NCBI GenBank assembly: GCA_963835535.1
Contig: CAWIFL010000003.1
Location: 162,432 to 226,431 of the forward strand
DNA from: an uncultured Gemmatimonadales bacterium
Lineage (GTDB): Bacteria; Gemmatimonadota; Gemmatimonadetes; Gemmatimonadales; JACORV01
DNA length: 64,000 bases
Direction of reading: 5' to 3'
Position 1 is the first letter of the stretch, and every line of letters starts with the position of its first letter. Below the pieces are notes generated by a model. That model made no database searches. It worked only from the letters and a program-made list of their open reading frames with translations, and was not told the DNA's origin. A program made the translations under genes and the position numbers. This document shows positions 35,486 to 47,267 of the stretch, piece after piece.

Positions 35486-35524
35486 GTCTGGTGGGCCCTC
35501 GGTGTTCTCACGGCTCAGGAAGGG

Positions 35525-35627
35525 AGTGCCCCAGGCACCCCGCCGCGACGCGAGACATCACTTAGCGCTGCTGCCTTCGGGGCCCTGACGCGGTTCGTGC
35601 GCTCTCGCCCGACGGACCTGGGGCCCC
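35525..35627 (-). ncRNA. ffs: signal recognition particle RNA (small, 4.5S type)
   Basis: The minus strand reads GGGGCCCCAGG...CGCGUCAGGGCCCCGAAGGCAGCAGCG...GCCUGGGGC. This gives the domain IV motif (GUCAGG-CC-GAAGG-AGCAGC) with complementary 5'/3' ends. The position upstream of dnaX is the conserved one. Ends are approximate. Confidence 0.7.
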
Positions 35628-35744
35628 TCAAAGTAGCAGGTCGACATCTGGGAGACCAGTTGCGAGACGCGAGACTTCCGAACAGTTGCCAGACGGCAAG
35701 TTGGCACTGGCGACTGTTCCGAACCCTCAATCCCCGCGTCTCCC

Positions 35745-36440
35745 CTACTCTGCTTTCAATCGGTAGCCCACGCCCGACTCCGTCAGCAGATACCTCGGCC
35801 GGGACGGTTCGTCCTCGAGCTTGTGCCGCAGCTGGGTCATGTAGACGCGCACGTAGTGCGTCTGCTCCACCGCGTTCGGCCCCCACGCCTCCTTCAGGAG
35901 CTGGCGGTGCGTCACGACCTTCCCCGCGTGGCGCACCAGCGTCGCCAGGAGCTTGTACTCGATGGGGGTGAGATGCACTTCGACGCCCCGTCGGAACACG
36001 AGCCGGGCCGCGAGGTCCACCTTGAGGTCGCCGACGGCGAAGACCGGCTCGCCCCCGCCGTCCGGCTGCGCCGCGTGGCGCAGCGCCACCCGGAGCCGGG
36101 CGAGCAGCTCCCCGATGCCGAAGGGCTTCGTGAGATAGTCGTCCACGCCGGCGTCGAGCGCCGCGATCTTGTCCTGCTCGCGGCCGCGCGCCGAGATGAC
36201 GATGATCGGCGTGCGCGACCACTCGCGCAGCCGGCGCGTCAGCTCGACGCCGTCGAGGTCGGGGAGGCCGAGGTCCAGCAGGATGACGTCGGGGTTGCGG
36301 CCGGTGGCCTGCGTCAGCCCCTCGCGCGCGGTCACCGCCTCGACGCAATGGTAGTCGTGCGCCTCGAGCGATGTCGTGAGGAACCGCCGCATCTGCGGCT
36401 CGTCTTCGATGACCAGGACCGTCGGCGCCACGTCGCTCAT
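35745..36440 (-). CDS. kdpE: KdpE, OmpR-family response regulator
   Basis: REC plus winged-helix domains. Directly downstream of kdpD. Confidence 0.85.
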   Translation of the reverse strand: MSDVAPTVLVIEDEPQMRRFLTTSLEAHDYHCVEAVTAREGLTQATGRNPDVILLDLGLPDLDGVELTRRLREWSRTPIIVISARGREQDKIAALDAGVDDYLTKPFGIGELLARLRVALRHAAQPDGGGEPVFAVGDLKVDLAARLVFRRGVEVHLTPIEYKLLATLVRHAGKVVTHRQLLKEAWGPNAVEQTHYVRVYMTQLRHKLEDEPSRPRYLLTESGVGYRLKAE

Positions 36441-36464
36441 GGGAGACCCGAGAGGTCGCTGAAC

Positions 36465-39203
36465 CTAACCCGCGGCCGGCTCCGCCGGAACGGCGTCGGG
36501 GGGCGCGGGTTGAGGCGCCAGCGGGAGCGTGAAGCGGAAGACCGCGCCGCCGCCCGGGCGATTCTCCGCCCACATCCGGCCGCCGTGGGCGGTGACGATC
36601 CCGCGGCAGATCGTGAGGCCCAGGCCGACGCCGCCGCCCGCCCCGCCGCCGCCGTTGTCCACGCTGGCGCTCACCCGGTAGAACTTCTCGAACACCCGTC
36701 GCTCCTCGCCGGCGGGGATGCCCGGGCCCCGATCGGCCACGTCCACGACGATCTCGCCGTCGGCCACGGCGGCGGAGACTTCGATCGGCGTGCCCTGGGG
36801 CGTGTACTTCACCGCATTCTCGAGGAGATTGACGAACACCTGCTCCAGCAGCAGGCCGTCGGCCCACAGCAGCGGCAGGTCGGGCGGGAGACGCACGGCG
36901 ACCGGGCGCCCCTTGAGCCGCTCCTCCAGCCGGATCAGCGCGACGCCCACGATCTCCTCGAGCGGCTGCCAGTCGCGCTGCACCTCCAGGGCGCCGGTCT
37001 CGACGCGGATCATGTCGAGCAGGTTCCCGATGAGGCGGTTCATCCGCTGCGACTCGTCGAGGATCGCCTTGAGCAGGTCACGGCGCTGCGCGTCCGAGAA
37101 GGCCCCGCGGTCCTCGAGGAGGCTGCTCGCCGCGCCCGTGATCGCGCCGAGGGGTGTGCGCATGTCGTGCGAGAGCGAGGAGAGGAGCGCGGTGCGCAGC
37201 CGCTCCGCCTCCGCCTCGACCTGCTCCCGCTGCGCGCGCTCGGTGAGGAGCACCCGCTCGAGGGCGAGCGCGGCCTGCCCGGTGAGCGCCTCGAGCAGCC
37301 GCTGCGTGGCCGGCTCCTGGAGGCGTTTGCTGCCGGCCTCCCGGTCGTCCGGCCGGAGCCCCACCACACCGACCGCGCCCGCCGAGCCGGCCAGCGGCCG
37401 GTACATCGCCTGGGCCGCCGGCAGGGTGTCGGTGCCCGCCCCGGCCGGCCGGCCGCGCTCGAACGCCCACTGCGCGACGCTGCGCTCCTTCTCGTCGATC
37501 GGGAAGGCGGGCGGAACGCCCACCGGGATCTCGATGCGCCCGGCGTCGTCGGGGAGCAGGATCTGCACCCGGGCGTCGAAGGTCGCGCCGAGCTGCCGCT
37601 CCGCCGCCAGCGCCAGCGCGCTCCGTCCCCGGGTCGCCGACAGCTCGCGGCTCATCGCGTAGAGCGCGGCCGTGTGCCGCTCGCGCTCGCGCGCCGTCTC
37701 GGCCTGGGCGCGGATCCGCAGGGTGAGCGCGCTGATCAGCAGCGCGATCCCCAGCATGACGGCGAAGGTGAGCAGGTACCGGACGTCGGAAACGGCGAAG
37801 GTGTAGAACGGCGGGACGAAGAAGAAGTCGAACGAGGCGATGCTCAGGAGCGCCGCGAAGACCGACGGCCCGCGCCCGTACCGGGAAGCCACCAGCCCCA
37901 CGCCCAGCAGGTAGATCATCGCCACGTCGGTCACGGACAGCGCGCGGAAGACCAGCGCCCCGAGCGCCGTGCACGCGCCGACGATCAGGGCGGCCCAGCC
38001 GTACTCCGCCAGGGGCGAGCGGTACCCTGCTCCGCCCGCGCGCCGCCGGGGGCGCGGCTCCGCTTCCCCGGTGATGGCGTACACGTCCACGTCGCCGCTG
38101 CCGCGCACGATCTGATCGAGGAGCGAGCCGAAGATCTGGTCGCGCCAGCGCGGGTGGGTCGGCTTCCCCACCACGATCTTGGTCACGTTGTGCTCGCGCG
38201 CGTACGCCAGGATCTCCGCCGCCGCGTTGAGCCCGCTCAACGTGGCGGTCATCGCCCCCAGCGACTCGGCGAGCTGCAGGTTCGCGACCAGCGCCTCCCG
38301 CTCCTCGCCGGACATCGCCGAGCCGGGCCGCTCGACGTTGACGACCCGCCAGTCGCACTTGAGCCCGACGGCCATGCGCTTCCCGGCCCGCACCAGCCGG
38401 GCGCCCTCGGGGTTGGGGCCGATGCACACCAGGAGCCGATCGGCGGCGGCCCAGGTGGCGTGGATCCCCGCCTCGCGCATGTAGCCGCGCATCTGCGCGT
38501 CCACGCGCTCGGCGGCGCGACGCAGCGTCAGCTCGCGGAGCGCGATCAGGTTCCCCTTGCGGAAGAAGCGTTCGATCGCCGCCGCCGCCTGCTCCGCCAT
38601 GTACACCTTGCCCTGCCGGAGCCGCGCCAGCAGGTCGTCCGCCGAGAGGTCGGCCAGCTCGATCTCGTCCGCGCCGTCGAACACCGAGTCCGGCAACGTC
38701 TCCCGGACGGTGACGCCCGTGATCTGCGCGACCACGTCGTTCAGGCTCTCGATGTGCTGGACGTTCAGGGTGGTGTAGACGCTGATGCCCGCGGCGAGCA
38801 GCTCCTCGACGTCCTGCCAGCGCTTGGGGTGGCGCGAGCCGGGCGCGTTGGTGTGGGCCAGCTCGTCCACGAGGATCACGCCGGGCCGGCGCCCCAAGGC
38901 TGCCTCGAGATCGAATTCCTGCAGGGTGATGCCGCGATACTCCAGCCGGCGGCGCGGCAGCACGGGCAGCCCCTCCAGCAGGGCGGCCGTCTCCGGGCGG
39001 CCGTGGGTCTCGACCACGCCTACGACGACCTCGACGCCCTCGCGGGCGCGGGCGCGCGCCGCCTCCAGCATCGCGTACGTCTTCCCCACGCCGGGGGACG
39101 CGCCGAAGAAGATCTTGAGGCTGCCGCGCGTCGCGCGCCGCTCCTCCTCCCGCACCTGCGCGAGAAGGGCCTCGGGGTCCGGGCGACGGTCCGTGGCGCT
39201 CAC
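36465..39203 (-). CDS. kdpD: KdpD sensor histidine kinase
   Basis: N-terminal KdpD domain with Walker A (GASPGVGKT), Usp domain, 4 TM, GAF-like region, H-box (SLSHDMRTPL) and HATPase. Confidence 0.9.
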   Translation of the reverse strand: MSATDRRPDPEALLAQVREEERRATRGSLKIFFGASPGVGKTYAMLEAARARAREGVEVVVGVVETHGRPETAALLEGLPVLPRRRLEYRGITLQEFDLEAALGRRPGVILVDELAHTNAPGSRHPKRWQDVEELLAAGISVYTTLNVQHIESLNDVVAQITGVTVRETLPDSVFDGADEIELADLSADDLLARLRQGKVYMAEQAAAAIERFFRKGNLIALRELTLRRAAERVDAQMRGYMREAGIHATWAAADRLLVCIGPNPEGARLVRAGKRMAVGLKCDWRVVNVERPGSAMSGEEREALVANLQLAESLGAMTATLSGLNAAAEILAYAREHNVTKIVVGKPTHPRWRDQIFGSLLDQIVRGSGDVDVYAITGEAEPRPRRRAGGAGYRSPLAEYGWAALIVGACTALGALVFRALSVTDVAMIYLLGVGLVASRYGRGPSVFAALLSIASFDFFFVPPFYTFAVSDVRYLLTFAVMLGIALLISALTLRIRAQAETARERERHTAALYAMSRELSATRGRSALALAAERQLGATFDARVQILLPDDAGRIEIPVGVPPAFPIDEKERSVAQWAFERGRPAGAGTDTLPAAQAMYRPLAGSAGAVGVVGLRPDDREAGSKRLQEPATQRLLEALTGQAALALERVLLTERAQREQVEAEAERLRTALLSSLSHDMRTPLGAITGAASSLLEDRGAFSDAQRRDLLKAILDESQRMNRLIGNLLDMIRVETGALEVQRDWQPLEEIVGVALIRLEERLKGRPVAVRLPPDLPLLWADGLLLEQVFVNLLENAVKYTPQGTPIEVSAAVADGEIVVDVADRGPGIPAGEERRVFEKFYRVSASVDNGGGGAGGGVGLGLTICRGIVTAHGGRMWAENRPGGGAVFRFTLPLAPQPAPPDAVPAEPAAG

Positions 39204-39267
39204 ACGCCTAAGCTAGCATCGGGCCGCGGCCCCGGTGAGGCCGCGGCACCGCGGGGCGCCAGCGCGC

Positions 39268-40620
39268 CTAGAGCTTCACCAGGAGCGCGCAGTTGATCCG
39301 GTTCTCGGTCTGGCGCAGGTCGGGCGTCCAGCCCGGCACCGCCGATCCCGGCGCGCCGGTGTTGCCGTTCGGCGGAGTGACGCCGCCCGGCCCCGCGAAG
39401 TACGGCACGCTCGCGTGCCGGTGATCGAATTCAACGCGGAACGTCACGAAGTCGTCCGGCATGTAGTCGAACGTCACCGACGCGTCCCAGGCGCTGAATT
39501 GGTCGCCGGGGTTCTCCGTGAAGTAGGGCGTCCCCGACGCGGCCGTGGCGCCGTTGATCGGCGGCATCAGCACCAGGTAGCGCCCCGGGTTGTTCATCTG
39601 GCCGCCGCCCACGGTCACGGCGTACCGGTCGTGGGCGAACCAGGCCCGGTTGTAGATCATGTAGCCCAGGAACGACTGCTTGGGGCCCAGCGCCGTTCCG
39701 GTGCAGCTCACGCCGCCGCCGTTCTCGCACCCGGCGTCCGCCGTGATCGAGAACGCCAGCTTGTCGGGGAAGCCGTTCGGCCGGTCGAGGTACTTGACCT
39801 GCACGCTGTTGTCGGTGTGCACGCGGGCCCGGCCCGGAATCCCGAGCCAGTCGTAGCCGTAGTAGTTGTTGGACAGCACCGAAAGCGCGCCGTTCGGCCG
39901 CCACAGGATCTGCATCCCGTAGCCGGGGCTCTCGTTGAACATCCCGTACGACTGCCAGCCGTTGATGAGCCACGGCTCGATCTTGAGCTTGTCGCTCGGG
40001 AAGATCTGCAGCCGCAGCCCGTTGAAGAACCACGGCGTATTCGACGAGACGTACGACGGCTGGTAGGCCCAGTTGTCGAAGTTGTAGTAGCCGAACAGCC
40101 CGACGTACGACATGAAGATGCCGGCCTCGAAGTTGATCCCGTTCCACACGTTCCAGTGATAGCCGCCGTACGCCTCGGAGATGTAGCGGTACGCGTCGGA
40201 GAGGTCCCACTGACCGCGCGAAGGGCTGGCGTCGTTGCGCGGGGTCATCGTCGAGTACATCCCGAACTGCGTCATGAGGCGGCCGATGGCGTTGTCGGCG
40301 TGGAAGTCGCCGCCGATGCCGAGCTGCTGGACCTGGACCTCGGACGTGCGCCCGCTCTCCGATGTCCCGACCAGGGTGTGGTCCGACGGGTGGTTGAAGT
40401 CGCCGATGTACGAGGCGTCGAGCCGGAATTCGCCCGTGAAGTACTTCGAGTCGAGGACGTTCTGATGGCTGCGGGGGTTGCCCTGAAGCCAGGTGAAATC
40501 GGCGAAGGCGAACGGCGGCTTCGCCGCCGTGTCCTGCGCCGCCGGGGCGGCGTGCGTCGTGTCCTGCGCCGCGAGCAGAGCGGGCACGAGGAGCCCGACG
40601 AGGGCGAGGCGTGCGATCAC
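39268..40620 (-). CDS. outer-membrane beta-barrel porin associated with the kdp locus
   Basis: Signal peptide, alternating aromatic/Gly beta-strand pattern, C-terminal aromatic-rich strand. Sits between kdpC and kdpD. Confidence 0.65.
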   Translation of the reverse strand: MIARLALVGLLVPALLAAQDTTHAAPAAQDTAAKPPFAFADFTWLQGNPRSHQNVLDSKYFTGEFRLDASYIGDFNHPSDHTLVGTSESGRTSEVQVQQLGIGGDFHADNAIGRLMTQFGMYSTMTPRNDASPSRGQWDLSDAYRYISEAYGGYHWNVWNGINFEAGIFMSYVGLFGYYNFDNWAYQPSYVSSNTPWFFNGLRLQIFPSDKLKIEPWLINGWQSYGMFNESPGYGMQILWRPNGALSVLSNNYYGYDWLGIPGRARVHTDNSVQVKYLDRPNGFPDKLAFSITADAGCENGGGVSCTGTALGPKQSFLGYMIYNRAWFAHDRYAVTVGGGQMNNPGRYLVLMPPINGATAASGTPYFTENPGDQFSAWDASVTFDYMPDDFVTFRVEFDHRHASVPYFAGPGGVTPPNGNTGAPGSAVPGWTPDLRQTENRINCALLVKL

Positions 40621-41201
40621 TTGTGACCTCCGAGACTGTCCAGAGCCAGATTGAGCCAGAGGACGTTGACGCGGGGTTCGCCGAAGATGCCGAGCGTCCG
40701 CCCTTCCGTGTGACGCGCCACCAGCGCACGGACCGTGTCGGCGTCAGCCCGCGGGCGCGCGGCGACCCGCGGCACCTGGCCCTCGGCGCTGGCGGGCGAG
40801 ATGTCGGGATCGAGGCCCGAGCCCGACGACGTCACGAGGTCCGCCGGGATCTGCCCCTTCACCCAGTGATCGAGCTTCACCGCGCTGTCCACCGCCTGCA
40901 CGATCAGCGTGTCGGCGAGCTTGGCGCTGGTGGGCCCCAGGTTGGTGCCGCCGGACAGCGTGTCGTCATAGCCGCTGCCGGCCGCCGACGGCCGCGCATG
41001 GAAGTAGCGGGCGCTCGCGAACGACTGCCCGATGAGCAGGCTGCCCACGACGTGCCCGTCCACCGAGACCAGCGAGCCGTTGGACTGCCGCGGGAAGAGC
41101 AACTGCGCGATCCCGGTGACGACGCCCGGATAGAGCACGCCCGTGATGAGCATCAGGACGAGCGTCACGACGATCGCTGGACGAAGCTGGTTCTTGAGCA
41201 T
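40617..41201 (-). CDS. kdpC: K+-transporting ATPase subunit KdpC
   Basis: MLKNQLRPAIVVTLVLMLITGVLYP... and SGSGLDPDISP motif. Confidence 0.9.
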   Translation of the reverse strand: MLKNQLRPAIVVTLVLMLITGVLYPGVVTGIAQLLFPRQSNGSLVSVDGHVVGSLLIGQSFASARYFHARPSAAGSGYDDTLSGGTNLGPTSAKLADTLIVQAVDSAVKLDHWVKGQIPADLVTSSGSGLDPDISPASAEGQVPRVAARPRADADTVRALVARHTEGRTLGIFGEPRVNVLWLNLALDSLGGHK

Positions 41202-41203
41202 CG

Positions 41204-43248
41204 TCAGGCCAGGTGAAGAAGGGTGATCAGCACGTCGAGGACCTTGATCCCCGCGAACGGGATCAGGATGCCGCCCACGCCGTAGATCCAGAGATTGCGC
41301 CGCAGGATCTGCGCAGCCGGCGCCGGCCGCCACCGCACGCCACGGAGGGCGAGCGGGATCAGGGCGACGATGATGAGCGCGTTGAAGACGACGGCGGACA
41401 GCACGGCCGACTGCGCGGTGTGGAGGCGCATGACGTTCAGGGACTGCAGCGCCGGATAGGTGGCGACGAACATGGCCGGGATGATCGCGAAGTACTTGGC
41501 CACGTCGTTGGCGATCGAGAAGGTGGTCAGCGCGCCGCGGGTGATGAGCAGCTGCTTCCCGATCTCCACCACCTCGATGAGCTTGGTCGGATTGGAGTCG
41601 AGGTCGATGAGGTTCCCCGCCTCCTTCGCCGCCTGCGTGCCGGTGTTCATCGCCACCGCCACGTCGGCCTGGGCGAGCGCCGGCGCGTCGTTGGTGCCGT
41701 CCCCGGTCATCGCGACGAGCCGCCCGCCGGCCTGCTCGCGCCTGATGAGCGCCATCTTGTCCTCGGGCTTCGCCTGGGCGAGGAAGTCGTCCACGCCGGC
41801 CTCGGCGGCCACGGCGGCGGCGGTGAGCGGGTTGTCGCCCGTGATCATCACCGTCTTGATGCCCATGCGCCGCAGCTCGGCGAAGCGCTCCTTTATCCCG
41901 CCCTTCACGATGTCCTTGAGGTGCACCACGCCCAGGGCGCGCGCGCCCTCGGCCACGACGAGCGGCGTCCCGCCCTCGCGCGCAATCGCCTCGACCGACG
42001 CCTGGACACTCCCCGGCACGGAGCCGCCATGCTCCGCCACGAACGCCGCGATCGCGTCGGCGGCGCCCTTGCGGATCCGCCGCCCGTCGAGGTTCACGCC
42101 GCTGAGCCTGGTCTGCGCGCTGAACGGGATGAACTGGGCGCCGAGGCCCTGGATGTCCCGCTCGCGGAGCCCGTAGCTCGTCTTCGCCAGCACCACGATG
42201 CTGCGCCCCTCCGGCGTCTCGTCGGCCAGGGACGCGAGCTGGGCGGCGTCGGCGAGGCTCTCGCCGGAGACCCCTTCGGCCGGAATCAGCGCCACCGCCT
42301 GGCGGTTGCCGAGGGTGATCGTGCCGGTCTTGTCGAGCAGCAGCGTGTCCACGTCGCCCGCCGCTTCCACCGCCCGGCCGCTCATCGCGATCACGTTGTG
42401 CTGGATCATCCGGTCCATCCCCGCGATGCCGATGGCGGACAGCAGGCCGCCGATGGTGGTCGGGATCAGGCAGACCAGCAGGGCGACGAGAATCGGAATC
42501 GAGACTGCGCTGCCGGAATAGACCGCGAACGGCTGCAGCGTGACCACGGCCAGCAGGAACACGATGGTCAGGCCGGACAGCAGGATGATCAGCGCGATCT
42601 CGTTGGGCGTCTTCTGCCGCGTCGCGCCTTCGACGAGGCCGATCATCCGATCGAGGAAGGTCTCGCCCGGGTTCGCCGTGATGCGGATGACGAGCCAGTC
42701 CGACAGCACCTTCGTGCCGCCCGTGACGGCGGAGCGGTCGCCGCCCGACTCGCGGATGACGGGAGCAGACTCGCCGGTGATCGCCGACTCGTCCACCGAC
42801 GCGACGCCCTCGATCACCTCCCCGTCGCCCGGGATCAGATCGCCGGGCTGGCAGACGACCACGTCGCCGCGGCGCAGCTCCCCGGCCCAGACCGGCAGAC
42901 CCGACTGCCGGTCCTTCGGGTCGCGCAGGCGCTTCGCCAGGGTCCGCGTGCGGGAGCCGCGCAGGGCGTCGGCCTGCGCCTTGCCCCGCCCCTCGGCCAT
43001 CGCCTCGGCGAAATTCGCGAACACGACGGTGAACCAGAGCCACAGCGCGATCTGCAGCGTGAAGCCGACGCCGCCGCGCCCCTCCAGGACGTCGCGCACC
43101 AGAACCAGCGTGGTGAGCACGCTGCCCACGAGGACGACGAACATCACCGGGTTCCGCACCATGTGCCGCGGATGGAGCTTCGCGAAGGAGTCCCGAACGG
43201 CCCGGCGCACGATCGGGGGGTCGAAGAGCGGCCGCCTGACCGTGGCCA

Positions 43249-43249
<1 letters not shown>
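41204..43249 (-). CDS. kdpB: K+-transporting P-type ATPase subunit KdpB
   Basis: DKTGTIT phosphorylation motif, [20 protein letters not shown]. Confidence 0.95.
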
Positions 43250-44964
<1,715 letters not shown>

Positions 44965-44970
44965 GACGGC

Positions 44971-45060
44971 TCAGAACCTCTCGGGGCGGAGCAGCGTGTA
45001 GATCAGGTAGAAGAGCACCGCGAGCGAGACCAGCGCGCCGACGATCGTCTCGGCGCTCAC
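44971..45060 (-). CDS. kdpF: KdpF (29 aa), absent from the ORF track
   Basis: Hand translation: VSAETIVGALVSLAVLFYLIYTLLRPERF*. Single TM ending in the typical L(L/I)RPE(R/K)F. Lies 6 nt upstream of kdpA. Confidence 0.7.
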   Translation of the reverse strand: MSAETIVGALVSLAVLFYLIYTLLRPERF

Positions 45061-45173
45061 GACCGGTCCTCCTCGCCGGTGCCGTCCTCACCCAGCTTCT
45101 CGCAGCCACGCACGTACGCCAGCATGAGCGCGAAGAACGCCAGCGTGACGAGGATGTAGACGACGTCGAGCAT
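45057..45173 (-). CDS. 38-aa hydrophobic peptide upstream of kdpF, absent from the ORF track
   Basis: MLDVVYILVTLAFFALMLAYVRGCEKLGEDGTGEEDRS*. GGAGGGGGAG lies just before the ATG. GTGA overlap with the kdpF start. Confidence 0.4.
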   Translation of the reverse strand: MLDVVYILVTLAFFALMLAYVRGCEKLGEDGTGEEDRS

Positions 45174-45282
45174 CTCCCCCTCCTGGTGCAGCGGGGGGAG
45201 CATATGCGGCGGGGTGTCAAAACGGTGTTAGAACAGGTCCGGCAGGCGTCAAGATCTCATAAAGCGGCTCTGCAACTCCCGT

Positions 45283-46305
45283 TTACCGCAGCACTTCCGA
45301 TATGATCTGGATCGCCCGCTCGATGTCCTGTGCGCTGACGTCCAGGTGCGTGATCGCCCGCAGCCGCTTCGGCCCGAACGCGGTCACCAGCACGCCGCGC
45401 TCGGCCAGCTTCGGAATCACCGCGTCCGCCGCGTCGCGTACGAGGTCGAGCATCACGATGTTCGTGTCGGGCGGGAGCGGCTTCACTCCCGGATGTCCGG
45501 CGAGCCCGGATGCCAGCCGCTTGGCGTTGGCGTGGTCCTCCGCCAGGCGGCCGAGGTTGTGCTCCAGCGCCCAGAGACCGGCCGCGGTCAGGATGCCCGA
45601 CTGCCGCATCCCGCCGCCCAGGCGCTTGCGGATCTCCCACACGTCGTCCCGCGCCGCGCGCGGGAAGGCGAGGCAGGAGCCCACCGGGCAGCCGAGGCCC
45701 TTGGAGAGGCTCACCATCACGGTGGTCGCCGGCGCGGCGAGGCGCGCGGGGGGCACGCCCAGCGCGGCCGCCGCGTTCCAGAGCCGCGCGCCGTCGAGGT
45801 GCAGGTTGACCTTCGCCTCGCGCGCCACCGCGCCGATCGCCTCCGCGACCGCGACGGGCATCACCTTCCCGCCGGCGGCGTTGTGGGTGTTCTCGATCGC
45901 GATGGCGCTGGGACGGGGCACGTGCGGCGACGGGGCGCGCAAAGCGCCGCGCACCAGCTCCGCCGTGAGCAGGCCGTCGGGCGTCGCGACCGGGCGGATC
46001 TGCACCCCGGACAGCGTCGCCACGCCGGCGAACTCGTAGTGCACCAGGTGCGCGTTGGCCTCCAGCAACAGCTCGGTGCCGGGTCGCGTGTCGAGCCAGA
46101 TCCCGCTCTGGTTGGCCTGCGTGCCGCTCGGGAAGAAGAGCGCCGCCTCCTTGCCGAGCAGAACGGCGATGCGCTCCTCCAGGCGGAGCGTCGTCGGGTC
46201 GTGGTCCAGGACGTCGTCGCCGACCTCGGCCTCGGCCATCGCCCGCCGCATCGCGGCGGAGGGGCGGGTGACGGTGTCGCTGCGGAGATCTATCGCGGCT
46301 GGCAT
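45283..46305 (-). CDS. ltaE: low-specificity L-threonine aldolase
   Basis: Start MPAAIDLRSDTVTRPS at 46305. GDDVLDHDPT and the PLP-lysine region VSLSKGLG. Confidence 0.85.
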   Translation of the reverse strand: MPAAIDLRSDTVTRPSAAMRRAMAEAEVGDDVLDHDPTTLRLEERIAVLLGKEAALFFPSGTQANQSGIWLDTRPGTELLLEANAHLVHYEFAGVATLSGVQIRPVATPDGLLTAELVRGALRAPSPHVPRPSAIAIENTHNAAGGKVMPVAVAEAIGAVAREAKVNLHLDGARLWNAAAALGVPPARLAAPATTVMVSLSKGLGCPVGSCLAFPRAARDDVWEIRKRLGGGMRQSGILTAAGLWALEHNLGRLAEDHANAKRLASGLAGHPGVKPLPPDTNIVMLDLVRDAADAVIPKLAERGVLVTAFGPKRLRAITHLDVSAQDIERAIQIISEVLR

Positions 46306-46322
46306 TGGGACCCCCACGGCAG

Positions 46323-46354
46323 GACGCACGGACGCACAGACGCACGGACGCACG
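46323..46354. repeat. 8-bp tandem repeat (GACGCACG)x4 in the ltaE 5' region
   Basis: Read directly from the sequence. Reverse complement of the repeat at 30146-30177. Confidence 0.9.
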
Positions 46355-46374
46355 GGTCAGGCATGGCGCAGCTC

Positions 46375-47259
46375 CTAGTGGAGCACGGCGTGCTGCGCGG
46401 TCTTGCGCCGGCCCAGCTCGTAGACCTGGGCGATCTGGGCGCCGACCAGGAAGATGAAAGCCATGTAGTAGACCCAGGCGACGAGGAGGAGGACCGCTCC
46501 GAGTGTGGCGTTGCTCGCCAGCTGGTCGGTCCGGACGAAGGTGCGGAAGTAGGCGCCCAGCGCCTCCTTGGCGACGTCGAACCCGACGGCGCAGGTCACC
46601 GCGGCGACGAGCGCGGTATCCCACTTGATCCGCCGCGCCGGCGAGTACTTGAAGACCGTCACGAACAGCACGAGCAGGAACCCGAACGCCAGCAGCTGCG
46701 CGGCGAAAAACTCGACGAAGCCGACGTGGCGCACCAGGACGGCGATGCCGTCGCTCAACAGCGCATAGGCGGCGACCAGGAATCCGGTCACCACGACCAG
46801 CGCCCCATCGGACAGCTTGCCGCGGAGCCAGGAGCGCGTCTCCTGCGTGTCGAAGACCTCGCACAGCACGGTGCGCAGCGAGCCGAACAGCCCGGTCGCG
46901 AACCAGACGAAGAGCGGGAGGCCGACCAGGGTCAGCTTGCCGCGCGAGCGCACCACGCCCTCCGCCAGGCGGATCACGGGCGCGAACGGGCTCGAGGTCT
47001 GCGGTCCGTAGCTCGGGAACAGGCGCTGCAGATACGCCGCGAGCTCGAGGCGCGAGGCCGCCGCATTGGCGTTGAGGACGTGGCCGATCAGGGCCAGGAC
47101 GATGAAACCGAAGGGGATGGCGGCGAGCAGGGCGTTGAAGGCGAGGCCGCTGGCCAGGAACGAGACATTCGACTCCTTCGCGCCCTCCCAGACGCGGCGG
47201 ACGAAGTTCCGCGCGTCATGCCAGGCGAAGACCCAGCGGAGCCGATCCTTCCGGGCCAC
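46375..47259 (-). CDS. YihY/BrkB-family membrane protein
   Basis: Six-TM protein with an N-terminal pattern typical of YihY (FLASGLAFNALLAAIPF). Confidence 0.8.
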   Translation of the reverse strand: MARKDRLRWVFAWHDARNFVRRVWEGAKESNVSFLASGLAFNALLAAIPFGFIVLALIGHVLNANAAASRLELAAYLQRLFPSYGPQTSSPFAPVIRLAEGVVRSRGKLTLVGLPLFVWFATGLFGSLRTVLCEVFDTQETRSWLRGKLSDGALVVVTGFLVAAYALLSDGIAVLVRHVGFVEFFAAQLLAFGFLLVLFVTVFKYSPARRIKWDTALVAAVTCAVGFDVAKEALGAYFRTFVRTDQLASNATLGAVLLLVAWVYYMAFIFLVGAQIAQVYELGRRKTAQHAVLH

Positions 47260-47267
47260 AGCCGCGC

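Noticed and set aside
26550-39296. Other very long ORFs: 26550-28631 (+), 28561-30690 (-), 29496-30764 (+), 30667-32613 (+), 35823-39296 (+)
   Set aside because: Each is either antisense to, or an out-of-frame extension of, recognised genes (tryptophanase-like lyase, hydrolase, cinA, pgsA/mglAB, kdpDE), with His/Arg/Asp/Gly-rich artefact composition.
45174-45282. c-di-AMP (ydaO/kimA-type) riboswitch or other leader RNA upstream of the kdp operon
   Set aside because: The region is only about 110 nt, and I could not recognise the conserved pseudo-twofold ACGGGGA/CCCA-type cores. A covariance-model scan would be needed.
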